Of a stretch of DNA of 64,000 nucleotides, positions 7,710 to 17,227 are shown piece after piece. Each line of letters starts with the position of its first letter. Position 1 is the stretch's first letter. Where the stretch lies: IMG/VR virus record IMGVR_UViG_3300012827_000001, positions 19,980 to 83,979 of that record; one strand, written 5' to 3'. This DNA comes from a virus (Duplodnaviria; Caudoviricetes). Under the pieces are notes generated by a model, which ran no database searches, was not told where the DNA came from, and was given only the letters and a program-made list of their open reading frames with translations. A program made the translations under genes and the position numbers.

Positions 7710-8111
7710 GTGGCGCAGACCATCGGCCGCCGGGCCCTGATCGAGGATGTCACCTGGGTCATCAGCCAGGGCGCGACCAACACCTTCGCGATCCAGTGGA
7801 ACATCGGCCCCGCTGGTGAGCCCGAGCTCTACGACTTCTCCGACCACACGGCGCGGTGTCAGGCGCGACGCAAGCCTGGCATGGACCCGTGGTTCACCCT
7901 GACCGACGAGGCTGGACCTGACGGCCAGATCGAGCTGGATGGCGACACGCTCACGGTCACGCTTCTGCCGGAGGCGTCCTCCGAGTGGCGTCAGGCCAAC
8001 AAGTCTGGTCAGTGGGACCTCGAAGTCGTGGATCCCGCCGGTGAGGTCATCCGCATGGCGATGGGGCCGGTGGAGGTTTCGCTCGAAGTGACCGTGACTG
8101 AGGAGATCTGA
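7710..8111 (+). CDS. Putative virion structural protein
   Basis: GAGGAG RBS, GTG start; beta-rich, coupled to collagen-like gene. Confidence 0.6.
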   Translation: MAQTIGRRALIEDVTWVISQGATNTFAIQWNIGPAGEPELYDFSDHTARCQARRKPGMDPWFTLTDEAGPDGQIELDGDTLTVTLLPEASSEWRQANKSGQWDLEVVDPAGEVIRMAMGPVEVSLEVTVTEEI

Positions 8112-9715
8112 TGGGCATCGTCATCGATGGGGCCCATGGGGGCACCCTGCTCATCGAGCAGCCTGCCGAGGTCGAGGGCATTACCGTCTATGCCGGCCCC
8201 CGCGGTGCGCGTGGTGAGCCCGGCGCCGACGGATCTCCTGGTGCTGACGGTGCGCCTGGGGCGTCCGCTTACGAGGTGTGGCTCGCGGCTGGAAACACCG
8301 GCTCTGAGGTCGAGTTCCTGCAGTCCCTGCAGGGGGATCCGGGGGAACGGGGCGAGGCGGGGGATCAGGGACCAGCGGGAGATGACGGCCAGGACGGACT
8401 CAGTGCCTACGAGGTCGCTCTCCAGCACGGCTTCGATGGGACCGAGGAAGACTGGCTCGCGTCGCTGGTCGGTGCTGAAGGTGCGCCCGGCGAGCCTGGC
8501 CCCAAGGGAGACCAGGGAGACACCGGCCCCGCGGGCGAGCCTGGGCCGAAGGGCGATCCGGGGGAGCCTGCTGACGAGGCCGCGCTCCTCGCGCTGCGAG
8601 ACGACGTCGACTCGCAGGCCATCGCGATCTCCAACCTGGGGAGCGACGTGGGGTCGCTCGCCAGCCGGGTTGGTGACGCGGAGGGGCAGATCACCACCCT
8701 TGGATCCAACGCCGACTCCATGTTCACGCGTGTGGGCGAGGTTGAGGACGAGGTCGAGGGCCTGTCCGACAGGGTGACAGAAGTTGAGGAGGCTGACACC
8801 GGGCGAGTCCTGGGTGGGGCCGCCGAGACGTGGACGGGATCGGATGGAGCTGTTGCAGTCGGCCCTGGCTCCAAGGTGTCGGCGGGCAGCCAGCGGGGGT
8901 CCGCGGTGGGTGAGGACGCGCTGGTGACAGCGAGTCCTGACTCGCTCGCAGTGGGTCACGGGGCGCAGGCCACTGCTGGCGCCTCTACAACCGTGGTGGG
9001 CGCTGGGGCGCAGGCATCCCAGTCGGCGTCCAGCTCTGTCGTTGTCGGCCAGGGCGCCCAGGCCAACCAGGGCTCTACGGGCGCCACCGTTGTGGGTAAG
9101 GGGGCGCGTGCGCAGAGCGGCGCACAGGGAGCGGTCGCGCTGGGCCTCAACGCTGCCGCTGTCCACCCCGGCGCGATCGTGATCGGATCCGCCGAGAGCA
9201 CGGCTGCAGGCCAGGCCACCGTGGGCGCTGGCGCTCTACGCGTTGCACGCCCCGTTGGCCTTGGAGAGGGGCCAACCGTTCTTGAGTTGCAGGGGCCCGA
9301 CGGCGAGTTCGTCGAGGTTGGCATTGACGAGGACGGCCTGCTGTACCCCGTGCCGTCCGGCGGTGGCGGCGGTGTGCCGTCGGTGCAGGAGACGACCCTC
9401 GCGGAGGCCGACGGTGACGGGACGGTGGCGCTCGCAGCCGCGGCGACGGTCCTCGCGGTTGAGGTGCAGGACGCGGCCCGTGTTCGCCTGTACCGCACGG
9501 CGGCGGGCAGGGCTGCGGACGCGGCTCGCGGCCCGGGTGTGGCCTACGACCCGGCGACGGGGGCCGGGCTGCTGATCGCGACCGCAGGACCGGGTGTGGA
9601 CCTTGAGCGGCCGGTCGATGTCGCGTGGGCACCTGGCGAGACCACCTACTACTACCGGGTCGACGGCGGCCCGACGGACGTCACCCTGACCTGGGTGCAG
9701 ACGGGGAGCATCTGA
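8111..9715 (+). CDS. Tail fibre-like protein: collagen G-X-Y repeats, coiled coil, YadA-head-like repeats
   Basis: GPRGARGEPGADG.../GEPGPKGDQGDTG...; heptads; ca. 14-aa AVAVGxxA/VVGxGAQA repeats. Confidence 0.75.
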   Translation: MGIVIDGAHGGTLLIEQPAEVEGITVYAGPRGARGEPGADGSPGADGAPGASAYEVWLAAGNTGSEVEFLQSLQGDPGERGEAGDQGPAGDDGQDGLSAYEVALQHGFDGTEEDWLASLVGAEGAPGEPGPKGDQGDTGPAGEPGPKGDPGEPADEAALLALRDDVDSQAIAISNLGSDVGSLASRVGDAEGQITTLGSNADSMFTRVGEVEDEVEGLSDRVTEVEEADTGRVLGGAAETWTGSDGAVAVGPGSKVSAGSQRGSAVGEDALVTASPDSLAVGHGAQATAGASTTVVGAGAQASQSASSSVVVGQGAQANQGSTGATVVGKGARAQSGAQGAVALGLNAAAVHPGAIVIGSAESTAAGQATVGAGALRVARPVGLGEGPTVLELQGPDGEFVEVGIDEDGLLYPVPSGGGGGVPSVQETTLAEADGDGTVALAAAATVLAVEVQDAARVRLYRTAAGRAADAARGPGVAYDPATGAGLLIATAGPGVDLERPVDVAWAPGETTYYYRVDGGPTDVTLTWVQTGSI

Positions 9716-10671
9716 TGGGCAAGGCCACGTTCAGCAGCTCGTTCACCAACGCCTCCGACGCGACCTTCCGAGCATGGGTGGGGGCATTCCTTGGGGCGCT
9801 GGACGCAGCCGGTGCGGCAAGAGCGCCGGACACCGGTCAGATCGACCCGAGCACGATCACGGTGCCGGGCTCAGTGAATGGCGTTGCTGGATACGCCATG
9901 TACTTTCTCGACGACGCGCTCCACGCCACACACCCGGTGTACATCAGGCTGCAGTTCGGTCGCGGCGCAACGACGGCGTCTCGTCCAGCGATGTGGCTGA
10001 CGATCGGGAAGGCGACGGATGGAGCCGGGGGAATGAGCCAAATCCTCCTGCCGGAAACGAATGTGTCCGGGGTGGGGGTCTCTACTGAGTCAACCACCGT
10101 GTTTGACGGCATTGCCGTTGCTGGCGACGGTTATCTGGCGCTCATGCCTGGCATCAACGACTCGACGACGGATATTCGCACCAACTACGTGCTGGTGGAA
10201 CGGTCCCGCACGCATGATGGTGCACCCTATGGGGATGCGCTACTGGTGGCAGGGGGCGCGCCCACCAGTGCTCAGAGCCATGGGCACTTCGCGTATGTGC
10301 CACCCATCCGAGCGATCACCTACAGCGCGGGCGGCAGCATGGAGTGGACGGCGCCCGTGGTGCTCCCGGCTCGCGTGAACGGTAATGTGATCGGGTCCGG
10401 GTCGTCGCTTGCGGCGGGCGGGATCGGGCCGGTGTTTCCCTGGGTTCTCATGGCACCGTCCGTCGCGCCCTGGCAGTCTTGCGTGTTCGTGACCTATCCT
10501 CCGGGCGACTTCCCAGGCGGCGACTTCGAGACAACTCTGTGCGGCGGCACTGCGACCTTTCGGCCGGTCGCTTTGTCGGTTCGCTATGCGTTCGGGATCA
10601 CTGCCCAGCCGAATGCCCAGACGGCTACCTACAACAGGACGGGCGGCCTTGCTGTTCGGTGGGAGGACTGA
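9715..10671 (+). CDS. Putative minor tail protein
   Basis: TGATG coupling; 318 aa beta-rich, Gly/Ala/Thr-rich. Confidence 0.6.
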   Translation: MGKATFSSSFTNASDATFRAWVGAFLGALDAAGAARAPDTGQIDPSTITVPGSVNGVAGYAMYFLDDALHATHPVYIRLQFGRGATTASRPAMWLTIGKATDGAGGMSQILLPETNVSGVGVSTESTTVFDGIAVAGDGYLALMPGINDSTTDIRTNYVLVERSRTHDGAPYGDALLVAGGAPTSAQSHGHFAYVPPIRAITYSAGGSMEWTAPVVLPARVNGNVIGSGSSLAAGGIGPVFPWVLMAPSVAPWQSCVFVTYPPGDFPGGDFETTLCGGTATFRPVALSVRYAFGITAQPNAQTATYNRTGGLAVRWED

Positions 10672-10883
10672 TGGCTGACTCCTGGGCTCCCGCCTACGAG
10701 CTGAGCGGCGCGATCTCGACTGTGACCTCCGCCTATGTCGTCACCGGGCTCCTGGACAGGTGGTTCCTGCAGGGGGCGCTCCCGGTGTCCAACACGTCCG
10801 CGGGGCAGTGGCTCATGGACCAGGTCGGATACGCGCCCCCGCGTGACCGCCTCACCCCCGGACGCGAGTACCCCCGCACCTAA
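10671..10883 (+). CDS. Hypothetical protein
   Basis: 70 aa, TGATG coupling. Confidence 0.6.
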   Translation: MADSWAPAYELSGAISTVTSAYVVTGLLDRWFLQGALPVSNTSAGQWLMDQVGYAPPRDRLTPGREYPRT

Positions 10884-10955
10884 TGCCGAAGCCCAGGGGC
10901 CCCACACACCACCAAGTGTGCGGGGCCCCTCGCATACCCAGTCGATCCAAGAGGC

Positions 10956-11450
10956 ATGTCATACCACGTCCAGTCTTTCTCCTACGCGGAGTCAGTCTCT
11001 ATGCACCCCGCGCCCGATGGCGTGGTTGCCTTCACGGGGGGCGAGCCGCTCATCTGCCTGGATGGCGACTGGGCGCCGCTCCGCTGGCATGACGCCGGCG
11101 CGGTACTGGACGACTACTACGTGGCCACAGAGACCCCCGGACCTACGTGGTGGAACATCCTCCCAGACAGAAGCACTGTCTATCTGTTCCCGCTCGAAGA
11201 TGACATCACGATCAACTTCATGTCCGCCTCGGCCGAAGACACTGGCTGGAGGTCGCCCAGGGTGACGTTCGAGTTGATTCAGGATGCCACGGGGGGTCGT
11301 GCTGTCGCTCTCGCAGGTGATGTTCTCGTCCCCGGTGGGAGCTTGCCGACGGTGGACACGACTGCAGAGACGAGCACCGTGATGACGTTCCTGTTCGTCG
11401 GGCGATGCTGGGTCCTGGAGTCTTTCCAGACAGGCCTCGCGCCGGTCTAG
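10956..11450 (+). CDS. Hypothetical (tail-associated?) protein
   Basis: AAGAGG RBS; C-terminal ELIQDATGGRAVAL motif of the kind seen in tail proteins. Confidence 0.6.
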   Translation: MSYHVQSFSYAESVSMHPAPDGVVAFTGGEPLICLDGDWAPLRWHDAGAVLDDYYVATETPGPTWWNILPDRSTVYLFPLEDDITINFMSASAEDTGWRSPRVTFELIQDATGGRAVALAGDVLVPGGSLPTVDTTAETSTVMTFLFVGRCWVLESFQTGLAPV

Positions 11451-12271
11451 TCCACGCCCTTGGGGCGCTCCCGAGGCGAGTCGATGTCGTCCCACGCCGC
11501 GCCAGGCACCCACCCCTGCTTCCGCGCCCACTGCTGGTAGCGCTCGCGCCCCCACCTTCCCTTCCCGGAGGGGAGTAGGGGCGCTTGCTGCTTGCTGAGC
11601 TCCCGGTACAGGGCGTCGACCCGTCGGATGGTGTCCGCGTAGCCCTTCGTCCTGAAGCCGTGGAGTTCTCTTTCCAGGACGCGCCGATTGATCCCGAGAC
11701 GGTCGGCCAGGTAGGGGACGGACCAGCCCTCCGCCACGAGGGCCTGGAGGCGCCTCTGCATCCCCAGCGCGGGCAGGTAGCCGTTGTGCTTGGGGGGAGC
11801 CGGCCTGACGCCCAGGAGGGCCTCTGCGGTCGTCTGGGTGACGCTCTTGCGGTGCCCGTTGAGCACCTTGGAGATGGTCTCCAGGCAGACGCCGGACCGT
11901 GCCGCGATGTCCTGCCGAGTCATACTTGTGACTAGAGAATTCAGATGCTTCTCGACGGGCTGCACCGGGAGGTACCCCCCGGTGCCTTTCAGTCGCTTGT
12001 CCCTGTACCAGAGGTTCCGATCTACCCTGTAGGCGGCACTGCAGGCCGGGCAGTGGCAGTCGTCCCGGCGGTACATGGTCGCAGTGCCGTGTTCGTGGAT
12101 GCCGCCGTGCGCGCAGACCTTCGGTGTGGTGTCGATCCGTGCACGCCTGGCGGCGCCCCGTTCCCGACTTGCCGCCAGGGCAATCTGCGTCTCGCACTTG
12201 TGCTTGGCCATGCCGAGCTTGCTGCCCTCGTATGGGCACGTCGGGCATCTCAGGGTTGTAGTGGTCGGCAT
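11447..12271 (-). CDS. DNA-binding protein: Cys/His cluster plus two HTH domains (repressor candidate)
   Basis: HGTATMY...CHCPAC; MTRQDIAARSGVCLETISKVLNG; LQALVAEGWSVPYLADRLG. Confidence 0.8.
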   Translation of the reverse strand: MPTTTTLRCPTCPYEGSKLGMAKHKCETQIALAASRERGAARRARIDTTPKVCAHGGIHEHGTATMYRRDDCHCPACSAAYRVDRNLWYRDKRLKGTGGYLPVQPVEKHLNSLVTSMTRQDIAARSGVCLETISKVLNGHRKSVTQTTAEALLGVRPAPPKHNGYLPALGMQRRLQALVAEGWSVPYLADRLGINRRVLERELHGFRTKGYADTIRRVDALYRELSKQQAPLLPSGKGRWGRERYQQWARKQGWVPGAAWDDIDSPRERPKGVD

Positions 12272-12315
12272 CTGTCCATGATGGGAGGGGCCGCGCGTGG
12301 AGGTCCAGCCGACGC

Positions 12316-12337
12316 GATTCCTGCTAGCGCACAGATC
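12316..12337. promoter_or_regulatory. 22-bp palindromic operator-like site
   Basis: GATTCCTGC TAGC GCACAGATC, in divergent gap. Confidence 0.75.
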
Positions 12338-12446
12338 GCGTCGGTGCGCGCGCGGCGCCGGGGCCCGTGATCTCCACGTGATCGTCGGAGCTCACCCATG
12401 TCTCTCTAACTACTGCTGCACAAGAGTGAAGGGTAGGGGTGTACGA

Positions 12447-12468
12447 GATACCTGCTAGCGCAGGAATC
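12447..12468. promoter_or_regulatory. 22-bp palindromic operator-like site
   Basis: GATACCTGC TAGC GCAGGAATC, just upstream of a TTGACA hexamer. Confidence 0.75.
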
Positions 12469-12616
12469 GTAGTGTGTTGACAGAGTCTCTGATGGACAAC
12501 CACGATTTGAACTCCCCTGGTTCTCTTCCATCAAGCATGTCACCCCCGGGACTGAATCAGGGGATCCCTATCGACTTCAACTGTTAACGCGTGCGCGCGC
12601 GCGTGAGGAGACCGCC

Positions 12617-12865
12617 ATGCCCACAGCGACTGCGACCGATGGTCGAGCGGACCGTACGTACATCCGAGCCTGGACTCCCGCAGAGTGGCGCGAGGCATCG
12701 GCCCGGGGCGGCCGGCAGTCCGGAGTGACGCAGAGGGCCAAGTGGCAGCCTCAGCGGGAGGAAGCGTTGCGCCTGGTGGCCCACGGCACCCACCCGGAGG
12801 ATGCGGCGCGAGCAGTCGGAGTCTCGCGGCGCACTGTGTCACGCTGGATCAAGGCTGCTCACTGA
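12617..12865 (+). CDS. Small HTH protein
   Basis: REEALRLVAHGTHPEDAARAVGVSRRTVSRWIK. Confidence 0.8.
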   Translation: MPTATATDGRADRTYIRAWTPAEWREASARGGRQSGVTQRAKWQPQREEALRLVAHGTHPEDAARAVGVSRRTVSRWIKAAH

Positions 12866-13737
12866 TGGCAGCCCGCTTCCGTCACCCCACGGGGGCCCAG
12901 TTGCCGCCAAGCAGCACGCTGCGTGGCGCCCGAGCCCAGGTGCCGGTTGCTGCAGCGGCCCGGCCGGAGCGGCAGGTTGCTCCAGCGATCAAGGTGGCGC
13001 CGGTGAAGATGGATGCCTGGTTCGAGGGCGCGGTGGGTTACGCGGCCGACAAGCTGCTGTCGCCCCTGGCTCGTGACTGGATGAATCTGAGCCTGGCGAA
13101 TCAGGACATCGTGGTGGTGTTGTGGGAGCCGTTGGCGGATGCGCCGCAGGTGTGGTCGTCGTCGGAGTATCTGGATGCGCTGCGGCGGCGGGCGAATCCT
13201 CTGACGAGGATGCAGGGGCTTGTGCCTGGGGTTGCCTACACGTTCATCCTGGGCGACTTGGTAGTCCCGGAGGATGGCCCTGCGGTGACGACCCTGCAGT
13301 CGGGTGTGGAGTTCATCGACACCGTCCTGCGCAGCGAGGAGGGGGATCCGTCTGGTGGCATGACTCGCTGGGCGTCGCGACTCATCATCCCAGGCAGGGT
13401 CACTAGCCGGCCGCGGACGTTGGCCTACTACAGGGGCCTTGCGAAGGTGGTTGGCCGCGGCGGCCCTGAGCATGAGAAGACTTTCCTGCAGGTGATCTCT
13501 CGGTGGAGCGCAGCGATCGATGAGGTTGAGGCGGCTGCTGAGATGGCCGGCTTGTCCCACCCCGGCAGCAGCATCTCGCCGGAGATGGAGAAGCGCGCGC
13601 GGGGGTGGGTGCTTCAGGACGTGCTGACGACGGGGTCCATCCAGCAGCTGGCGGCGTATTCGCAGGCGGCGACCCGCGAGTTGGCAGCAGCGAAGGTCGC
13701 GCGAGACCAGGCGGTGGCGGCCTACCTCGGGGACTGA
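12865..13737 (+). CDS. Hypothetical protein
   Basis: TGATG-coupled 290 aa ORF. Confidence 0.65.
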   Translation: MAARFRHPTGAQLPPSSTLRGARAQVPVAAAARPERQVAPAIKVAPVKMDAWFEGAVGYAADKLLSPLARDWMNLSLANQDIVVVLWEPLADAPQVWSSSEYLDALRRRANPLTRMQGLVPGVAYTFILGDLVVPEDGPAVTTLQSGVEFIDTVLRSEEGDPSGGMTRWASRLIIPGRVTSRPRTLAYYRGLAKVVGRGGPEHEKTFLQVISRWSAAIDEVEAAAEMAGLSHPGSSISPEMEKRARGWVLQDVLTTGSIQQLAAYSQAATRELAAAKVARDQAVAAYLGD

Positions 13738-13740
13738 CGC

Positions 13741-13762
13741 GATTTGTGCTAGCGCAGGAATC
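13741..13762. promoter_or_regulatory. 22-bp palindromic operator-like site
   Basis: GATTTGTGC TAGC GCAGGAATC, intergenic before packaging genes. Confidence 0.75.
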
Positions 13763-13806
13763 GTGGCGGCGAGATTGTTTGCGGGCCCGGCAAGCATGGT
13801 GTAGGT

Positions 13807-14535
13807 ATGGGTGGACGGGGCAGCGGGCGTAGGCCGCACGCGGAGACGTTGCAGAATCGCATCGAGGCTGCGCGCGAGGATGCGCAGGGCGTTGAGGTCA
13901 AGGAGTTCTCCGAGCCGATCGAGGTGCCGCCGTGCATCGTGAAGCAGCCGACAGGGTCGGAGATCACGGTCCAGGGCGAGGCCGAGGAGAAGTTTTACGC
14001 CCAGCAGCGCGACAAGTACGTCAACGAGTTCAAGTTCGAGTCGTCGGCTGACCTTGCTGACCTTGACGCCCTTCTCATGCATGAGTTGTTGGACTACCGG
14101 TACACCACCCAGCTCGCGTCGGGCAAGGCGTACGACGGTCGCCTCCTGGTGTACGGGGAGGAGGACCAGCTCCGGCAGAACAAGCTCGCTGAGGCGAAGG
14201 TCATCGCTGACCTGAAGAAGCAGCTCGGCATCTCAAGAGCCTCTCGGGACGGCACACAGAGTGATGTCTACGCCTACATTCAGAATCTTCTGAAGCGAGG
14301 GCGCGAATTCGGGGCCTACCGGAACGATCAGATCTACCGCGCGATCGTCCTCGCCAATGAGTTGACTTCGATCGTAGGGACGTTCGACCGCTCGAACGAG
14401 AACGAGCGACGCATCGTCGGCTACGAGACAGAAGCCGACATCGTCAACTGGGTGCGCGAGAAGTTCATCCCGCAATTTCGTGAAGTCGACGAGGCCTTTC
14501 AGCAGGGCCAGAAGTCATGGGTGGGGCAGCTGTGA
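13807..14535 (+). CDS. Putative terminase small subunit
   Basis: MGGRGSGRRP N-terminus and helical body; position upstream of TerL. Confidence 0.45.
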   Translation: MGGRGSGRRPHAETLQNRIEAAREDAQGVEVKEFSEPIEVPPCIVKQPTGSEITVQGEAEEKFYAQQRDKYVNEFKFESSADLADLDALLMHELLDYRYTTQLASGKAYDGRLLVYGEEDQLRQNKLAEAKVIADLKKQLGISRASRDGTQSDVYAYIQNLLKRGREFGAYRNDQIYRAIVLANELTSIVGTFDRSNENERRIVGYETEADIVNWVREKFIPQFREVDEAFQQGQKSWVGQL

Positions 14536-15107
14536 GCGCGGTCGACTGGGCTGCCGAGTTCAGCAACTTTCCCCCAGCCTTCCACAGGCTTCTGGCCGAC
14601 CTTCTGGCGGAGATCGAGGCCGAGCGAGCCCGAGAGCAGGGCGTCAAGCTCGCGGGCGGCAGGAGGGCTCAGCAGCCGTCAGGGTCCATGCAGGACGTCG
14701 TGGACGTGGTCTACCCGCGGCGTTCGCAGAAGCCGTTCAGGGAGGCTCTGGCTGAGGCGACGGATCAGCCGCCGGCCACGGTCGCCGCCTTGGCTGGCAT
14801 GAATCCGGGGACCATGTTCAGGCTGCGCAATGGACGCCGCCCGCTGACCAAGGACACCCTTGAGCAGATCGCTAGGGCCATTCACGTTGATCCGGGCTAC
14901 TTCCATGAGTACCGGGTTCTGGTGGTTCATGAGGCGATCGATGCGCTGCTGACCCCGCTCCGCTCCCTGCAGGCGTACAGCTCGGTAGAGCGTGATCATC
15001 GTCGCAATCCGCGGCCCAAGACGCCGAACGCACCGAACGGCTTCAGCACCACTGCGCGGGGAGTGCTTGCATATCCGACAAAGCAGGGTCGAGAGGCTGC
15101 AGAGTGA
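14532..15107 (+). CDS. XRE-family HTH protein
   Basis: PPATVAALAGMNPGTMFRLRNGRRPLTKDTLEQIARAIHVDPGYF. Confidence 0.75.
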   Translation: MSAVDWAAEFSNFPPAFHRLLADLLAEIEAERAREQGVKLAGGRRAQQPSGSMQDVVDVVYPRRSQKPFREALAEATDQPPATVAALAGMNPGTMFRLRNGRRPLTKDTLEQIARAIHVDPGYFHEYRVLVVHEAIDALLTPLRSLQAYSSVERDHRRNPRPKTPNAPNGFSTTARGVLAYPTKQGREAAE

Positions 15108-16735
15108 CCGCTCTCGCCAACCTCAGCCAGGAAGAGCTCTACCTCTGGGGGATCCTGAACGACCCCACCGGCGTGGACATCTATGAGTTCATCGGCGTGA
15201 ACAATGAAGGCGACGGCCCTGAGCCAGCACGCCTGTGGGACTTCCAGTGGCCGTGGATGCATGCAGACGGCAAGTACCAGATCTCAGCAACCAGCCGGCA
15301 GCTGGGCAAGAGTTGGTCCGTGGCGTGGCGTGCGATGGCGTTCGCGTTTCAGGCCCCGCGTCAGGAGATGCTGTTCGTCGCGCCTCAGCAGGATCACCTT
15401 GATCTGTTGATGGCGAAGGTGGAGGAGGCATTCGACGCATACCGCCTGATGCGAGAGATGCGAGCTGCGGGGCCCACGGCAGGACTCAAGCGGGCCCCGC
15501 ACTGGCAGCTTTCGCTGAAGAACGGTGCCGTGATGATCACGCGCCTCGGGTCCAACCCGAACAGCGTCAAGGGACCGCACCCTGTGCGCATTGAGGTCGA
15601 CGAGGTCCAGGACATCCCTGTCGCGACCTACATGGAGATGGTGGAGACCATCAAGACCCACGCCCCGGGCATGAAGTGGTGGATGCACGGCGTGACAAAG
15701 GGCGTCGGGCAGGACCTTCATTATCGGCTGACGCAGAAGAAGAATCATGCCGAGGAGATCGAGGGCCCCGACTGGCGGGTTCACCACTACATCGCCGCGC
15801 ACCGTCCCACATGGAACGATGAAGAGCGCGAAACCAAGATCCGCCAGTACGGCAGTGACGAGAACCATCCTGACTATCAGCGCAACGTCCTTGGGCTGCC
15901 AGCCGATGCGGGCAACTCGCTGTTCGTCATGGCGCGACTCATGGCCTGCGTGCGTCAGCGAGAGTCCGAGTGGGCTCTGGAGTACAACGAGCAGGTCTAC
16001 ACCAGGATCAAGATCGCTGACAGTCTAGTTGCGCGCGTCAGTTCGATCGAGGCGCTGGTGGACATTCCTGTGTCGCACCTGCGTGATGAGTACATCTCTT
16101 ACTGGGGTGGGGCTGACATCGGCTTCACCAATGACCCCACCGAGATCCTCATCTTCGGCACTACGAAGGCTGGCGTGGACCGCCTACTGACGCGCGTCCA
16201 GCTCGTGCGCGTCTCAGCCAAGGATCAGGTGGCCGTTATCCGGCATCTGTTCTCTGTGTACGGAGCGAAGTTGCGTCGGTTCGGCATGGACCGCACGGGC
16301 GTGGGCCTCCCGCTGTTCCAGGAGTTGCAGGAGGTCAAGGAGATCGCCGAGCGAGTGGCGGGCTACAACTTCAGCGAGAACCGGGCCGTTGGGTTTGAGG
16401 ACAGGGAAATGAAGGCTGGGGAGAAGCAAGAAGACCTGGTCATCAAGCGAAACATCAAAGATTACGCCACGGACATTCTTCGCAAGTGGGTTGACCAGAA
16501 GAAGCTGGAGCTGCCACGAGACGAAGAGCTGCTGCAGGAGTGGGGCGGGGCGACTTCGTACATCGTCAAGACCGCACCAGACCAGGACGGCGTGAAGCGA
16601 AAGTACGGCTCTGGCGCCCTCCACACCCTTGACGGCGCGCGCATGTACGCGGCAGCCAAGGACCTCATGGCCATCGAGGAGATCCTCAACGCTACCCCGA
16701 AGCAGGCTCCGGTGCTTGATCGGTTCGTCTTCTGA
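15104..16735 (+). CDS. terL: Terminase large subunit
   Basis: Walker A SRQLGKS, Walker B IEVDEVQD, nuclease YWGGADIG, D in FGMDRTG, HTLDGARMY. Confidence 0.9.
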   Translation: MTALANLSQEELYLWGILNDPTGVDIYEFIGVNNEGDGPEPARLWDFQWPWMHADGKYQISATSRQLGKSWSVAWRAMAFAFQAPRQEMLFVAPQQDHLDLLMAKVEEAFDAYRLMREMRAAGPTAGLKRAPHWQLSLKNGAVMITRLGSNPNSVKGPHPVRIEVDEVQDIPVATYMEMVETIKTHAPGMKWWMHGVTKGVGQDLHYRLTQKKNHAEEIEGPDWRVHHYIAAHRPTWNDEERETKIRQYGSDENHPDYQRNVLGLPADAGNSLFVMARLMACVRQRESEWALEYNEQVYTRIKIADSLVARVSSIEALVDIPVSHLRDEYISYWGGADIGFTNDPTEILIFGTTKAGVDRLLTRVQLVRVSAKDQVAVIRHLFSVYGAKLRRFGMDRTGVGLPLFQELQEVKEIAERVAGYNFSENRAVGFEDREMKAGEKQEDLVIKRNIKDYATDILRKWVDQKKLELPRDEELLQEWGGATSYIVKTAPDQDGVKRKYGSGALHTLDGARMYAAAKDLMAIEEILNATPKQAPVLDRFVF

Positions 16736-16785
16736 CGTTCGTTTCGCTTCGTTCTGGCTTCGTCGGCACGTTCTGTGCGCTGAGG

Positions 16786-16793
16786 TTCGAGTG
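16786..16793 (+). promoter_or_regulatory. Candidate late promoter element (TTCGAGTG), leaderless
   Basis: 7/8 match, exactly 8 nt before ATG 16802, which lacks an RBS. Confidence 0.5.
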
Positions 16794-16801
16794 GTAGTTG
16801 C

Positions 16802-17227
16802 ATGCCGACCGCCACCGTCTCTGCGGGCAACCCGTTCCGGCGCGACGTCCCGGCCGCTGCGGCGGATCCGACTCCGCCCCCGGCCTTCACGCCGACTCAG
16901 GGCGCCACGGCCAACACTGGCCTGGCGGTTCTGAACTACGGCCTGGGCACCCGGAATCAGATCGAGGACGAACTCGATCGGATCGCAGAGGCCGTCCGCG
17001 GTTTCTTCATGCTGCAGCCGGACGAGGTCATGCGGTACTGCATGGCGTACACCGCCCGCCTCAGCGAACTGGCTGTGCTACTCCACCGCGCCGAGAGTTA
17101 CGACAAGCAGTTCTGGCGTATCCGGACGATGCAGGTGCAGGTGTACCTGGATGAACTTGACCGTCAGTTCAAGACGGCTAGCCGCATAGTTGAGGTGCTT
17201 CGGCAGGACTTGGAGATGTCGCGATGA
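16802..17227 (+). CDS. Hypothetical helical protein
   Basis: 141 aa between TerL and portal, ATGA coupling. Confidence 0.7.
   Translation: MPTATVSAGNPFRRDVPAAAADPTPPPAFTPTQGATANTGLAVLNYGLGTRNQIEDELDRIAEAVRGFFMLQPDEVMRYCMAYTARLSELAVLLHRAESYDKQFWRIRTMQVQVYLDELDRQFKTASRIVEVLRQDLEMSR

Noticed and set aside
8111-11450. Diversity-generating retroelement or retron acting on fibre genes
   Set aside because: No reverse-transcriptase motifs in any ORF and no template/variable repeat pair seen.
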